Shown one piece after another: positions 28,239-37,395 of a stretch of 39,032 nucleotides of DNA (positions are counted from its first letter, which is position 1; each line of letters begins with the position of its first letter). This stretch comes from Promethearchaeota archaeon. GTDB taxonomy: Archaea; Asgardarchaeota; Lokiarchaeia; Sigyniarchaeales; SOKP01. The stretch spans positions 1-39,032 of the forward strand of contig JAEOTP010000040.1 in NCBI GenBank assembly GCA_016839765.1. The letters are read 5' to 3'. The translations under genes were made by a program, and so were the position numbers. The notes under the pieces were generated by a model. It ran no database searches. It was not told where the DNA came from and worked only from the letters and a program-made list of their open reading frames with translations.

Positions 28239-29306
28239 CTAAAGATTAGCAGGATTCCTTACAAAAGCTTCTAGCAATCTTACTGTATTAGCTATATCTT
28301 CTAACTTAAGTAAAGATGTTGGAGAATGTATATAGCGACATGGAACAGATACTACTGAGCTAGGTACACCTTCACGTGTCAGTTGAATTTTCCCTGCATC
28401 TGTTAAACCATACATTGGTTTTTTGATTTGGTAAGATAATTTTTCAAATTTTGCATTCTCTATTAGTCTTTTATTTATATGAGGTGAACATATAATGGAC
28501 TTATCTGCTACGGTGATTGCTGGTCCTTTACCAATAAAAACTGGGATTTGTGAATCCTTTATACCCGGTACATCTGCAGCAGTAGTATTTTCTACAGCAA
28601 TGGCCATGGTTGGTTTTAATTTAAAAGCACCAGTTACGGCACCAATTCTACCAAATTCTTCTTGTACTGCAAAATTAAATAGAATTGTGTCATTAATTGG
28701 TGAACTTTCTTTTAATTGCCTCATCAAGTGTAGAAGGACATTACATCCCGTACGATCATCAAAAGCTTTTCCACGAACCATATTATTAGGAAAGTCTTCA
28801 AAAGGGTCATATAACGTGCCAACAGTACCAATATCTATGCCAGCTTTAATTACTTCTTCATTAGAGCTCATACCAAGATCAATATACATTTGAGTAGCAT
28901 CAGTTATTTTTTTCCTTTCTGTTGCTGTTGTAAGATGCGGTGGTTTTGATCCGATTATTCCATGTAAGAGTTCTCCAGATTGCGATTTTAAAATTACTGC
29001 TTGTCCTTGTAAAATCCTTATGTCCCAACCACCGATCAAAACAAATCTTAAAAACCCAGATTTCTCAATGTAAGAAACCATGAATCCAATTTCATCAGTG
29101 TGAGCATCAAATAGAATTCTATTTTGGTCCTCACTACTTTCTTTTATGGCAAGTACATTTCCTAGAGGATCCTTCCATGTTTTGTCGGCTAAATTTTCAT
29201 TTTCAATCATATTCAAGATGAAATTACTTACCTCATCTTCAAATCCAGAAACACCAAATAGATTAGATAGTTGTTTTTGAAGATTTTTAATGCTTTCTAA
29301 GTCCAA
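28239..29306 (-). CDS. M42 family metallo-aminopeptidase (TET-like)
   Basis: GVSGFE, DAHTDEIG, GKAFDDRTG, VQEE, TDAG, RYIHSP. Confidence 0.93.
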   Translation of the reverse strand: MDLESIKNLQKQLSNLFGVSGFEDEVSNFILNMIENENLADKTWKDPLGNVLAIKESSEDQNRILFDAHTDEIGFMVSYIEKSGFLRFVLIGGWDIRILQGQAVILKSQSGELLHGIIGSKPPHLTTATERKKITDATQMYIDLGMSSNEEVIKAGIDIGTVGTLYDPFEDFPNNMVRGKAFDDRTGCNVLLHLMRQLKESSPINDTILFNFAVQEEFGRIGAVTGAFKLKPTMAIAVENTTAADVPGIKDSQIPVFIGKGPAITVADKSIICSPHINKRLIENAKFEKLSYQIKKPMYGLTDAGKIQLTREGVPSSVVSVPCRYIHSPTSLLKLEDIANTVRLLEAFVRNPANL

Positions 29307-29471
29307 TTTAAAACCTCTTAAATTTATTAATCCAATTACTTTTATGTGATAATTAATAGTTTGACCAATCTAAAATAAAATTAACCAAATTTATCAATTA
29401 TGCTAAAAAGAATAGAAAAAATAAGAATTTAGAAAAATATTACCCAATTATTATTAAAAGTTTAAGAAAAT

Positions 29472-31172
29472 TTATTTACCTCTCTTTTTAAGTTCAGTAA
29501 TTGCTTTTTCGGCAAGCACTATCGCATCAGTATATTTCGATCTATATTTTTGTAGTTCTGCTTCTAACTCTATGGTTTTATTTTGCAAATCTATAATTGC
29601 TCCACTACTTTCTTCACCTAATTGAGGAAATGATTCTGGATTTTCCAAAGTTTCTTTAAGGTAATTATACTTTTCTTGCCATACTTTTAATTCCGTTTGT
29701 AGTTCCTCTACCTTCTCGTCTATATTTTCCGCTGTTAAAGGTACTCCTTCTGCTTCACCTGATTCTAGTTCAACCACTTTATCTTTAAGCATTTCGATTT
29801 CCTCTTCAAGTTCCTTTATTCTTACTTTCAAAGCGCCTATTTCATCTATATATTCTGCAGACGTTTTTGGAGCAGTTATTTCTTCAAAAATGGCTTTTCC
29901 AGTTTCCAGTTCATTTGCGCTTTTATCTCCAAGAATTCTTTGCCTTCTCAATGTCAACTCTTCTACTGTTTGTTTAGGTAGGAAATCCAATGGATTAAAA
30001 CCAATTCCACCATGTTCTGTTCTTCGTTTTCGAATTTTTACATATAATGGGATACCCTTGACTGCCTCCCCACAAATTATTGATTCTCCTTTATCCAAAC
30101 CTGAAATATCTTTTTTATTGTCGCGACTTAAGTCTTCGGCACTTGAAATAGTAACATCAATATCTCGAATATCTGTAAGATTATGAACAACCCAACTACC
30201 CGCTTGCGCACGAATAGTTGTGTCTAATAATTGGGGCCTCTGTGTACCTATTACTAAATTAGCCCCGAATTTTCTTCCCTCCTGAGAAAAGAGTTTAACA
30301 GTTTCACATGTTTCAGTTCTTTTTTTACCAGCAAAAAGATGAGCCTCATCTAAGAACAAATAGAATGGTAGAATTCTTCTTGAAGTACTTGCTTGATATA
30401 ATTTTTTAAGCAATTTACCAGCAATCATTTCTTGAACACTTAAATCCATTCCTCTCATATTTACTATTGTACATAGATTAGGAGCAACAATGTCCCCAGC
30501 ATCTAAAGAAAATAAATATTCGACATCAATATCACCACCCTTGTTAATTTTCAAATCTGCAAATTCTATAATTTTATCCACAAATTCACTTTGTCCGCTT
30601 TCACCTTTTTGATTATCATCTTTAGCTGCTACTTTAAGAGATCCATATTCTCCATGGCGATCTAATATAACAATAGGTATCCCTTTTTTCATAAATTCCT
30701 CACATAATACACCCATCGTATATGATTTTCCAGAGCCACTCTTTCCTGTAATGAATATCCTTCCAAAATTCTTAACTAATAAATTGACATCAAATTTATA
30801 GCCAAGCAACTTTCCCAAAGAAACTGATTCTTCAGGGGGGTTATAAATACCTAATAATCTTGTAATTTGCTCCTCTTTTGCTTTATATACTTCAGCACCT
30901 ACTTCAAATGGTCTTTTTGGTCTTTCTCCTAAGACAGATAAGATGGCTAACATTCCTGATTGATCGCTCCACATATCTAAAATACTAAGTACATAATGGG
31001 CCTTGTTTCCTTCTTTATCTTTTTCTCCATATATGGTAAGATACGTTTTTTTAAATACAGAAGGATCTTGAACTTGCATAGTAACTTCGTAAGCCGTTGT
31101 CTTTCCGATTAATCTACCAACAGGCATTTCTTGCTTTTGACCTTCTTTACTTTCATCTTCAGACATAAACAA
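29472..31172 (-). CDS. HerA/FtsK-like (DUF87) ATPase with C-terminal coiled coil
   Basis: HAS-barrel-like N-terminus, Walker A GKSGSGKS, DRHGEY, Walker B LFLDEAH, EGRKFG, TQRP; acidic heptad tail of ~120 aa. Confidence 0.88.
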   Translation of the reverse strand: MFMSEDESKEGQKQEMPVGRLIGKTTAYEVTMQVQDPSVFKKTYLTIYGEKDKEGNKAHYVLSILDMWSDQSGMLAILSVLGERPKRPFEVGAEVYKAKEEQITRLLGIYNPPEESVSLGKLLGYKFDVNLLVKNFGRIFITGKSGSGKSYTMGVLCEEFMKKGIPIVILDRHGEYGSLKVAAKDDNQKGESGQSEFVDKIIEFADLKINKGGDIDVEYLFSLDAGDIVAPNLCTIVNMRGMDLSVQEMIAGKLLKKLYQASTSRRILPFYLFLDEAHLFAGKKRTETCETVKLFSQEGRKFGANLVIGTQRPQLLDTTIRAQAGSWVVHNLTDIRDIDVTISSAEDLSRDNKKDISGLDKGESIICGEAVKGIPLYVKIRKRRTEHGGIGFNPLDFLPKQTVEELTLRRQRILGDKSANELETGKAIFEEITAPKTSAEYIDEIGALKVRIKELEEEIEMLKDKVVELESGEAEGVPLTAENIDEKVEELQTELKVWQEKYNYLKETLENPESFPQLGEESSGAIIDLQNKTIELEAELQKYRSKYTDAIVLAEKAITELKKRGK

Positions 31173-31285
31173 TCACATAATATTCATTTTTATGGTATTA
31201 TAAGATAATTATGATTTATTAATCCTTACTAACTAGATTTGTCAATTAAAAAGAGTATAAAAATCTTCACTATTCCATTCCTTAA

Positions 31286-32215
31286 TTACTCTTCTTTATG
31301 ATAGATTATATTTTTTTCTACCATTCGAATCGGTTTATAAGCTTCTTTTGCCCGTCGTAAACCGGGAATTCCTAAATCTTGTTCTCTATTCACATATTTT
31401 ACGTTTTTGCCAAACTCTTTTAGAAATAAGTTATTAATAGCTTGGTATGAACCCTCGTATTCTATGTGAGCTTTCTCTATATGTATAACCAAAGTATCTT
31501 TATTTATCATTTCTCCTAAAGTATATGCTACACATTTATTATCGACACCAATTATACCGCCAAAAATTCCTAGATCATTAAAATTTTCTAATGCTCTTTT
31601 TATTGCTTTTTGTTCCTCAATTAAATCTTCATTACTTTGACATTCATTTTGATCACACCATTCCAATTGTAGTTCAAGTGCTTTATCTATTAAACCATCC
31701 GAAATTATATTAAATTCATAATTATAAATTTCCAAGAACTTGTTTAACCAACGTCTTTTTTGACGAAATTTATTCCCTGGTAAATCGATGAGAGAGTCAA
31801 TCTCATAAATATAATCCCAATTCATCCTATCTTCATGTATATCTAAATTTAAGACTTGATATTTTGGTTCTCTAATTACTTTTTCTATGACATCTTTGGG
31901 AACCCTATGAATTTCAATATTATCAAACTTTTCAAATAAGTTTATTATCATTTTTTCTGGTGTAAGACCAATAGGGGTTAAGAAAAATATTCCGTCATCT
32001 AAATTAGAAATTGATTTTTTCCAATTTTTAAAATAATCTTGCGAAAAAATAATTAGATGATTATCTTGTTCTAGAAATAAGAAATTATAATAATTTTTCC
32101 AAATAAAAAGATTGGTAAACGTAAATTCTGAGATTTCAGGTTGAAATTCTTCGAAATACTTATCAAATAATTTCTTATCCTCAATTTCTATTTGTCGAGC
32201 AGAGCTTAAATTCAT
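31286..32215 (-). CDS. DUF2156 / aminoacyl-phosphatidylglycerol synthase catalytic-domain-like protein
   Basis: SEFTFTNLFIW, WDYIY..L..LPGNKF..KR, VIHIEKA, YVNREQDLGIPGLRRAKEAYKP. Confidence 0.9.
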   Translation of the reverse strand: MNLSSARQIEIEDKKLFDKYFEEFQPEISEFTFTNLFIWKNYYNFLFLEQDNHLIIFSQDYFKNWKKSISNLDDGIFFLTPIGLTPEKMIINLFEKFDNIEIHRVPKDVIEKVIREPKYQVLNLDIHEDRMNWDYIYEIDSLIDLPGNKFRQKRRWLNKFLEIYNYEFNIISDGLIDKALELQLEWCDQNECQSNEDLIEEQKAIKRALENFNDLGIFGGIIGVDNKCVAYTLGEMINKDTLVIHIEKAHIEYEGSYQAINNLFLKEFGKNVKYVNREQDLGIPGLRRAKEAYKPIRMVEKNIIYHKEE

Positions 32216-32317
32216 GAATAATCTAAAATGGGAGAATATAAAAATTTATTCCTAATAGATAAAATTAAAGATTCTTTTTGATTTACCAATCTACTAATAG
32301 GTGAACTTGATTAAAAA

Positions 32318-32983
32318 ATGTCTAATTGGTTGCTTATAATCCAAAACATACTTTTAATTCTGCTAATAATCTTTTTTTGCCTTCTTTTTTGGATATTTAT
32401 TTTGGCAAGGATAATTAGAAAATTATATAAGTTTCCTATTCCCTCATTCACAACTCGATTAATTGATAATCCCATTAGAAGACGATTTATTCAAAAACCT
32501 GAAATTATTGCTAAAAGACTGAAACTTAAATCAGAGATGATTGTTGTAGAAATTGGGCCAGGAAAGGGCAAATATACTAAGGCTGTAGCAGATAAAATAC
32601 TTCCTCATGGAAAAGTATATGCTATTGATATTCAAGAAGCAGTTATTAAAAGATTAAAAGAAAGAGTCGAAAAAGAAGACATTCCAAACATAATTCCAAT
32701 GATAGATGATACGTATAATCTTTCCTTTGAAGATGAATCTGTTGATCGAATTTTTGCAATAGCATGTCTTCCAGAAATTCCAGAACCTGTTAGGGTACTT
32801 AAAGAATTTAAGAGAATTCTAAAATTAGATGGAATTATTTCGCTTTGTGAACTTTTTATAGATCCAGATTATCCACTTCGTAGGACAGAAAAAAAATGGG
32901 CAAAAGATGCGGGATTAGAATTTATTCAGGGTTTTGGTAATTGGTTTGTATATCAATTAAATTTCGGTAAATCACTTAATTAA
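32318..32983 (+). CDS. Class I SAM-dependent methyltransferase with N-terminal TM anchor
   Basis: VVEIGPGKG, VYAIDIQ, LSFEDESVD, LKEFKRILK. Confidence 0.9.
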   Translation: MSNWLLIIQNILLILLIIFFCLLFWIFILARIIRKLYKFPIPSFTTRLIDNPIRRRFIQKPEIIAKRLKLKSEMIVVEIGPGKGKYTKAVADKILPHGKVYAIDIQEAVIKRLKERVEKEDIPNIIPMIDDTYNLSFEDESVDRIFAIACLPEIPEPVRVLKEFKRILKLDGIISLCELFIDPDYPLRRTEKKWAKDAGLEFIQGFGNWFVYQLNFGKSLN

Positions 32984-33058
32984 ATTTCCAAAAAAAATTA
33001 ATATGCAAGCTTTATAAGTTTTCTTTTTCTATTTTTACTAAGAAGTAAATATAAATAA

Positions 33059-33784
33059 ATGTACGGAGTGGGATTCGAGATCGAAAAGAAAAAGAGAAAT
33101 AAACTAATAGCTGTTGTTATTTTATTAGCTTCTTGTATTTTATTAATACCTATCTTAACTAATATTACAGAAGCGTTAGGAATTGGACACTATAATACTA
33201 ACAATGACTTCAATATTTCTTTGAGTGGAGGGACAGGAGGTTTAAATGTTGATTTTGATTTAGACCTCATTTCAGATAATAGACATACAGGGACAATTAC
33301 TTGTAGAACAATTTCGAGTGGTTCAGTTCAACCGATTGGAATTGTTTATATCTCCTATAACATTTACAGAGAAGTTCAAATATTAGATCATTTTCATGAT
33401 TCATATAGTACTCCAAGAATTTCGTTTCAAAAAACTCATATCAATCTCCAAGGCGAAAGAAATAGTGAACTAAAATGCATTGGAACCGCCAATGTAAAAT
33501 TTTTGGTTGGAGGAATAGAACAAGAAGGAACTATTGATTTTGATTTAAGTACAATCATTACCGTCTCATCAGGAGATATATCATATTACTGGGGTATAGC
33601 ACAAATTTGGCTTCTAATATTAGATGGCATCGCAATTGTTGTTGTAGTTATCATATTAGCAAAAGTTATAAGAAGTATTCAGTTTGATAAATGGTATACT
33701 GATGAGATGAAGAATGAAGATGAAGAATTCTTCGAAAAAGTGCGAGAATACGTCCGAGATAAAAAAGCTCCACAATCCTCCTAG
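33059..33784 (+). CDS. Hypothetical membrane protein (TM, beta-rich ectodomain, TM)
   Basis: Two hydrophobic helices flank a beta-rich region containing two Cys; charged C-terminal tail. Confidence 0.7.
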   Translation: MYGVGFEIEKKKRNKLIAVVILLASCILLIPILTNITEALGIGHYNTNNDFNISLSGGTGGLNVDFDLDLISDNRHTGTITCRTISSGSVQPIGIVYISYNIYREVQILDHFHDSYSTPRISFQKTHINLQGERNSELKCIGTANVKFLVGGIEQEGTIDFDLSTIITVSSGDISYYWGIAQIWLLILDGIAIVVVVIILAKVIRSIQFDKWYTDEMKNEDEEFFEKVREYVRDKKAPQSS

Positions 33785-33797
33785 ATTTATCAAATTT

Positions 33798-34211
33798 CTA
33801 TATTGTATCTTCTTTTTTTAATTTTTTAATAATATCCTCTAGAATTTTGATGATTTTTTTTCTGTATGAGATTTGTTCAGGATAATTATAGCTAAACATT
33901 CTCCAATGGGGGCGTTTATGACCCAATTTAAATTTAAAACCGTTCATATTTGTCATATAAGAATTACTATCCAGTTTAGTAGCTATCTGATCTGCTATAA
34001 TATACCAATGAAATTTTGAACCTATACTGGCTCCTGAATTGACAGGGGCTGCATGCATACGAGTTTTTATACTTTTAAAATTTATCGTCCATTTATTAGG
34101 AGTAATTTTAGTTTCAGACCATTTTCCATTATTATATTTCCAATTATGAGAGGCTCCAATTTTCATCCCAGTATATATTTTACCTTTATATTCCTTTAAT
34201 ATATCATACAT
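33798..34211 (-). CDS. Hypothetical basic, Trp-rich protein
   Basis: 137-aa ORF filling the gap; YTGMKIGASHNWKY..GKW.ETK, FHWYIIADQ..K, GFKFKLGHKRP look like conserved motifs, but I cannot name a function. Confidence 0.7.
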   Translation of the reverse strand: MYDILKEYKGKIYTGMKIGASHNWKYNNGKWSETKITPNKWTINFKSIKTRMHAAPVNSGASIGSKFHWYIIADQIATKLDSNSYMTNMNGFKFKLGHKRPHWRMFSYNYPEQISYRKKIIKILEDIIKKLKKEDTI

Positions 34212-34342
34212 TGTTATTTAAGTATAGTTTAATAATTATGATATTACATCTAACATGATTTAAATAAAATAGAAGACTGAAAGTTTTTTATTAATTGAAA
34301 TTAAAAATTAAAAATAAAAAAAAGGATAATTTAGTGTAAAAT

Positions 34343-35350
34343 TTATAAGTTCTTAACAATTAAGTCTGCTAAACGATTACTATATCCCCACTCGTTATCA
34401 TACCAGCTTACCACACTTGCCAAATTTCCAATTACCTTTGTCCAAAGTCCAGTAAATATGGAACTTGCTGGATTTCCAATAATATCAGTACTTACAATAG
34501 GATCATCCGTATATTCTAAAATTCCGTTAAGATATCCATTAGCAGCTTCTTTCATTTTATCATTAATTTCTGCAGCTGTCGCCGGTCTTTCTAAATTACA
34601 TTTTAAATCAACAACAGAACCATCAGGAGTTGGAACACGCATCGCAATTCCATCTAACTTTCCATTTAGCTCAGGAAATACAACACCAATAGCTTTAGCT
34701 GCTCCAGTTGAAGTTGGTAAAATATTTGCTGCAGCAGCACGACCCCGAATCATCTTAACAGGATCTCCTGCTCTTGCTGTATCAACAGTTCTTTGATCAC
34801 CAGTATAAGAGTGAATAGTTGTCATTATACCGTTTTGGATTCTAAAGCTATCTTGTAATACTTTTACTACTGGACCTAAACAGTTAGTTGTACAACTTGC
34901 ATTACTGATGATTTTATGTTCGTCATTAAGTCCTTGATCGTTACACCCAATAACTACAGTGTAATCTGGATTAACTGCTGGAGCACTAATGAGCACTTTT
35001 CTAGCACCCGCTTCTAAATGCTTAGCTGCACCTTCTCTCTTTGTAAAAAAACCAGTACATTCTACAGCAACATCAATATTATTGCTGCTATGTGGTAAAT
35101 TCGCAGGATCTCTTTCAGCTGTAATTGGAATTGTCTTTCCATTCACAATTAAAGAATTTTCTCCTGCCTCCACTGTACCTGGAAATTTTCCAAAGACCGA
35201 ATCGTATTTTAATACATAAGCTAAAAATTTAGGTTCGAATAAATCATTAATTGAGACAACATCTATATCATTTGGATATTTCTCCGAAAGTGCTCGAAAG
35301 AAATTGCGCCCAATTCGTCCGAATCCATTAATAGCAATTCTTTTTGTCAT
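34343..35350 (-). CDS. gap: Glyceraldehyde-3-phosphate dehydrogenase, class I (bacterial/eukaryotic type)
   Basis: AINGFGRIGR, ECTGFF, SNASCTTNCL, TIHSYTGDQ, STGAAKA, RVPT, WYDNEWGYS. Confidence 0.97.
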   Translation of the reverse strand: MTKRIAINGFGRIGRNFFRALSEKYPNDIDVVSINDLFEPKFLAYVLKYDSVFGKFPGTVEAGENSLIVNGKTIPITAERDPANLPHSSNNIDVAVECTGFFTKREGAAKHLEAGARKVLISAPAVNPDYTVVIGCNDQGLNDEHKIISNASCTTNCLGPVVKVLQDSFRIQNGIMTTIHSYTGDQRTVDTARAGDPVKMIRGRAAAANILPTSTGAAKAIGVVFPELNGKLDGIAMRVPTPDGSVVDLKCNLERPATAAEINDKMKEAANGYLNGILEYTDDPIVSTDIIGNPASSIFTGLWTKVIGNLASVVSWYDNEWGYSNRLADLIVKNL

Positions 35351-35395
35351 ATCTGATCATTTTTTAACTTTTTAGTTTAATTCTTTTTAGAATGT

Positions 35396-35417
35396 CAATC
35401 TAATATGTGTTAGATTG
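35396..35417. promoter_or_regulatory. Inverted repeat CAATCTAA-N6-TTAGATTG upstream of gap (operator candidate)
   Basis: Perfect 8-bp arms 46-67 bp upstream of the gap start; an extra half-site at 35455-35462. Confidence 0.45.
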
Positions 35418-35511
35418 TTTTTTAATTTTTTAGTTTTAGGTTTATTCAACCATCCAATCTAATTTTAAAAAAATACTAATCTTTCTATATGAACCAAAAA
35501 CTAGTCTTGAA

Positions 35512-36033
35512 TTAGGTTTCTAAACATGGAAGATTTTTTACTTCCATCGAGGTCCCGGTAACCTTAATTAATTTCCGAAAATCAGGTCCAGGAATTTGTA
35601 ATGTCTCGGTATTAACGTTTGGATGGCAACAAATCTCGTCAGCATTCCATATAATCTCATCTACCATGAAGATTACCTCATTATTAGTATCATTAACTAA
35701 TCCAAGTGGAGATACAGCACCAGTACTAATACCTAATATTTCAGAAAGTTCTTCAGGTCTAGCAAAGCGAATTTTTGGAGCACCTATCATTCTACGGAAT
35801 TGATTTAAGTCTAATCTATTTTCATGAGGGATGGTTACTAAATACAATTGTCCTGACTTTTTATTCTTGAGAAATAAATTTTTACAATGAGTTCCGGGGA
35901 TGTGTCCACAATGTTCTCTCGCCTCAGGTACAGTGAATACTGCTGGGTGAGAATGTAAAACATATTGAATATTATGCACTGCCAACCATCGCTTTAATGA
36001 ATCTTCCATTTTGGATCTCTTTTTTTTGTTCAA
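35512..36033 (-). CDS. YbaK/ProX-type aminoacyl-tRNA deacylase (ProXp-ala/PrdX-like)
   Basis: HPAVFTV.EA, CKNLFLKNKK, LGISTGAVSPLGLVND, HPNVNTET. True start may be the MEDSLK ATG. Confidence 0.9.
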   Translation of the reverse strand: MNKKKRSKMEDSLKRWLAVHNIQYVLHSHPAVFTVPEAREHCGHIPGTHCKNLFLKNKKSGQLYLVTIPHENRLDLNQFRRMIGAPKIRFARPEELSEILGISTGAVSPLGLVNDTNNEVIFMVDEIIWNADEICCHPNVNTETLQIPGPDFRKLIKVTGTSMEVKNLPCLET

Positions 36034-36176
36034 TTATTAAAAAAAGGCATTCTTAATGAAATTTTTATAATTAAAATTTTTCCAAGAAAAAATAATATGT
36101 GGTTTTAAAACTTAATTTGAATTACATAGTTAAAAGAAATTTTAAAACAAATTAAAAAATATAAGGAGGATATAAG

Positions 36177-36386
36177 ATGAAGATTGGCACCATCTCAATA
36201 AATTTACTTGCTCATTCTTTGAGTCATGCTAGTTCCTCTGGAGTAAAAACGATGAAATTTGAAAAAAAGGGATTCTACCAAGAAGCTTTAACCTATATGG
36301 AAGATTATATGACCAAAAATGGATACGATCTCGTAAATGTGCATGGTTCAGAGCAAATGTATGTTTTTCATTTAATAAAACGATAA
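36177..36386 (+). CDS. Small hypothetical protein (69 aa)
   Basis: AGGAGG Shine-Dalgarno-like sequence just upstream of the ATG; fills an intergenic gap. Confidence 0.6.
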   Translation: MKIGTISINLLAHSLSHASSSGVKTMKFEKKGFYQEALTYMEDYMTKNGYDLVNVHGSEQMYVFHLIKR

Positions 36387-36425
36387 ATGTTATCTAAAAA
36401 AAGTATGTAAAAAAATATAAATAAA

Positions 36426-37199
36426 TTAAGTATCCTCTTTTTCTTCTAATTCTTTTCCCATTAACCTTATCACCGCATCGGCAAGTTTATTTTGACTCCG
36501 ACTCATTATTCCTTTGATTTTTCCTTCCACTCCAGTGACCCTGAGCATTATACCATTCCAAACTGAGCTAGGCTCTCCTTTAACCTTCTTAAATCTATCT
36601 CGAAATACTTTTACTTCGATGTTATCATAGTTTTTCGCAGCTTCAGAACACTTGAAACAAAGAATACATTTATCTTTATCAACTATAATATCTTTACCGT
36701 CTCGTGACATTGCTTCAACTGAACATTCATCAACGTATCTATCAATAATTTTTGTGTCTTTTTCATTACAAGTTATGGTAATTGAACCATCTACTACTTT
36801 ACGAACTTTTCGTCCGTCATCAAGCGTTCGAACTTCTTCTTCAAATTCGGGAAGAGAACCATTTTCAACAAGTAATATCTTGTTTTCACCGTTAATCAAT
36901 AGTTCCAAGGTATATCCAGGGCAAATCCACGTGCAACTTCCACACCAGATACATTTTTCTGTATCTACTACAATTTTTTTATCAGATTCGATTCTCATTT
37001 CCTCTGGGGTCCCAATAGCTGTCTTCTTTAGGGGTTCATCATAGATTGAGACCGTTACAGGACAAACACGGTGACAAAATCCACACTCAATGCATTTTGA
37101 CTCATCATATTTTAGAATCATCTCATGATTGAGCATTTTATAAACGTAATGAGTGATACTATCATCAACTTGAATTGCTTTTTTAGCAGGTAATGACAT
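36426..37199 (-). CDS. 4Fe-4S ferredoxin-domain protein (polyferredoxin/FwdF-like, partly degenerate)
   Basis: CIECGFCHRVCP and CIWCGSCTWICP are intact; later DECSVEA and CILCFKCSEAA are incomplete. Confidence 0.85.
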   Translation of the reverse strand: MSLPAKKAIQVDDSITHYVYKMLNHEMILKYDESKCIECGFCHRVCPVTVSIYDEPLKKTAIGTPEEMRIESDKKIVVDTEKCIWCGSCTWICPGYTLELLINGENKILLVENGSLPEFEEEVRTLDDGRKVRKVVDGSITITCNEKDTKIIDRYVDECSVEAMSRDGKDIIVDKDKCILCFKCSEAAKNYDNIEVKVFRDRFKKVKGEPSSVWNGIMLRVTGVEGKIKGIMSRSQNKLADAVIRLMGKELEEKEDT

Positions 37200-37395
37200 A
37201 TTTTCTTTCTCTTATTGCAATTTTTCTAATCTATATTTTATATTTAACAAGAAATAATAAAAATTTTAATTTCGTAGATAATGTTTGTTATTAATTAAAT
37301 TAAGCACTTGTTAAAAATTTAAAGATTAATATTTGTATAGGAGCTAACAATATTTTTAAAAAGGAATAAATTGTATTTGATTGAGAGCTAGGTAT

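Noticed and set aside
29472-31172. Canonical herA of the herA-nurA-mre11-rad50 operon, or a HerA-based defence system
   Set aside because: No nuclease, Sir2 or repair genes are adjacent, so no gene symbol was assigned.
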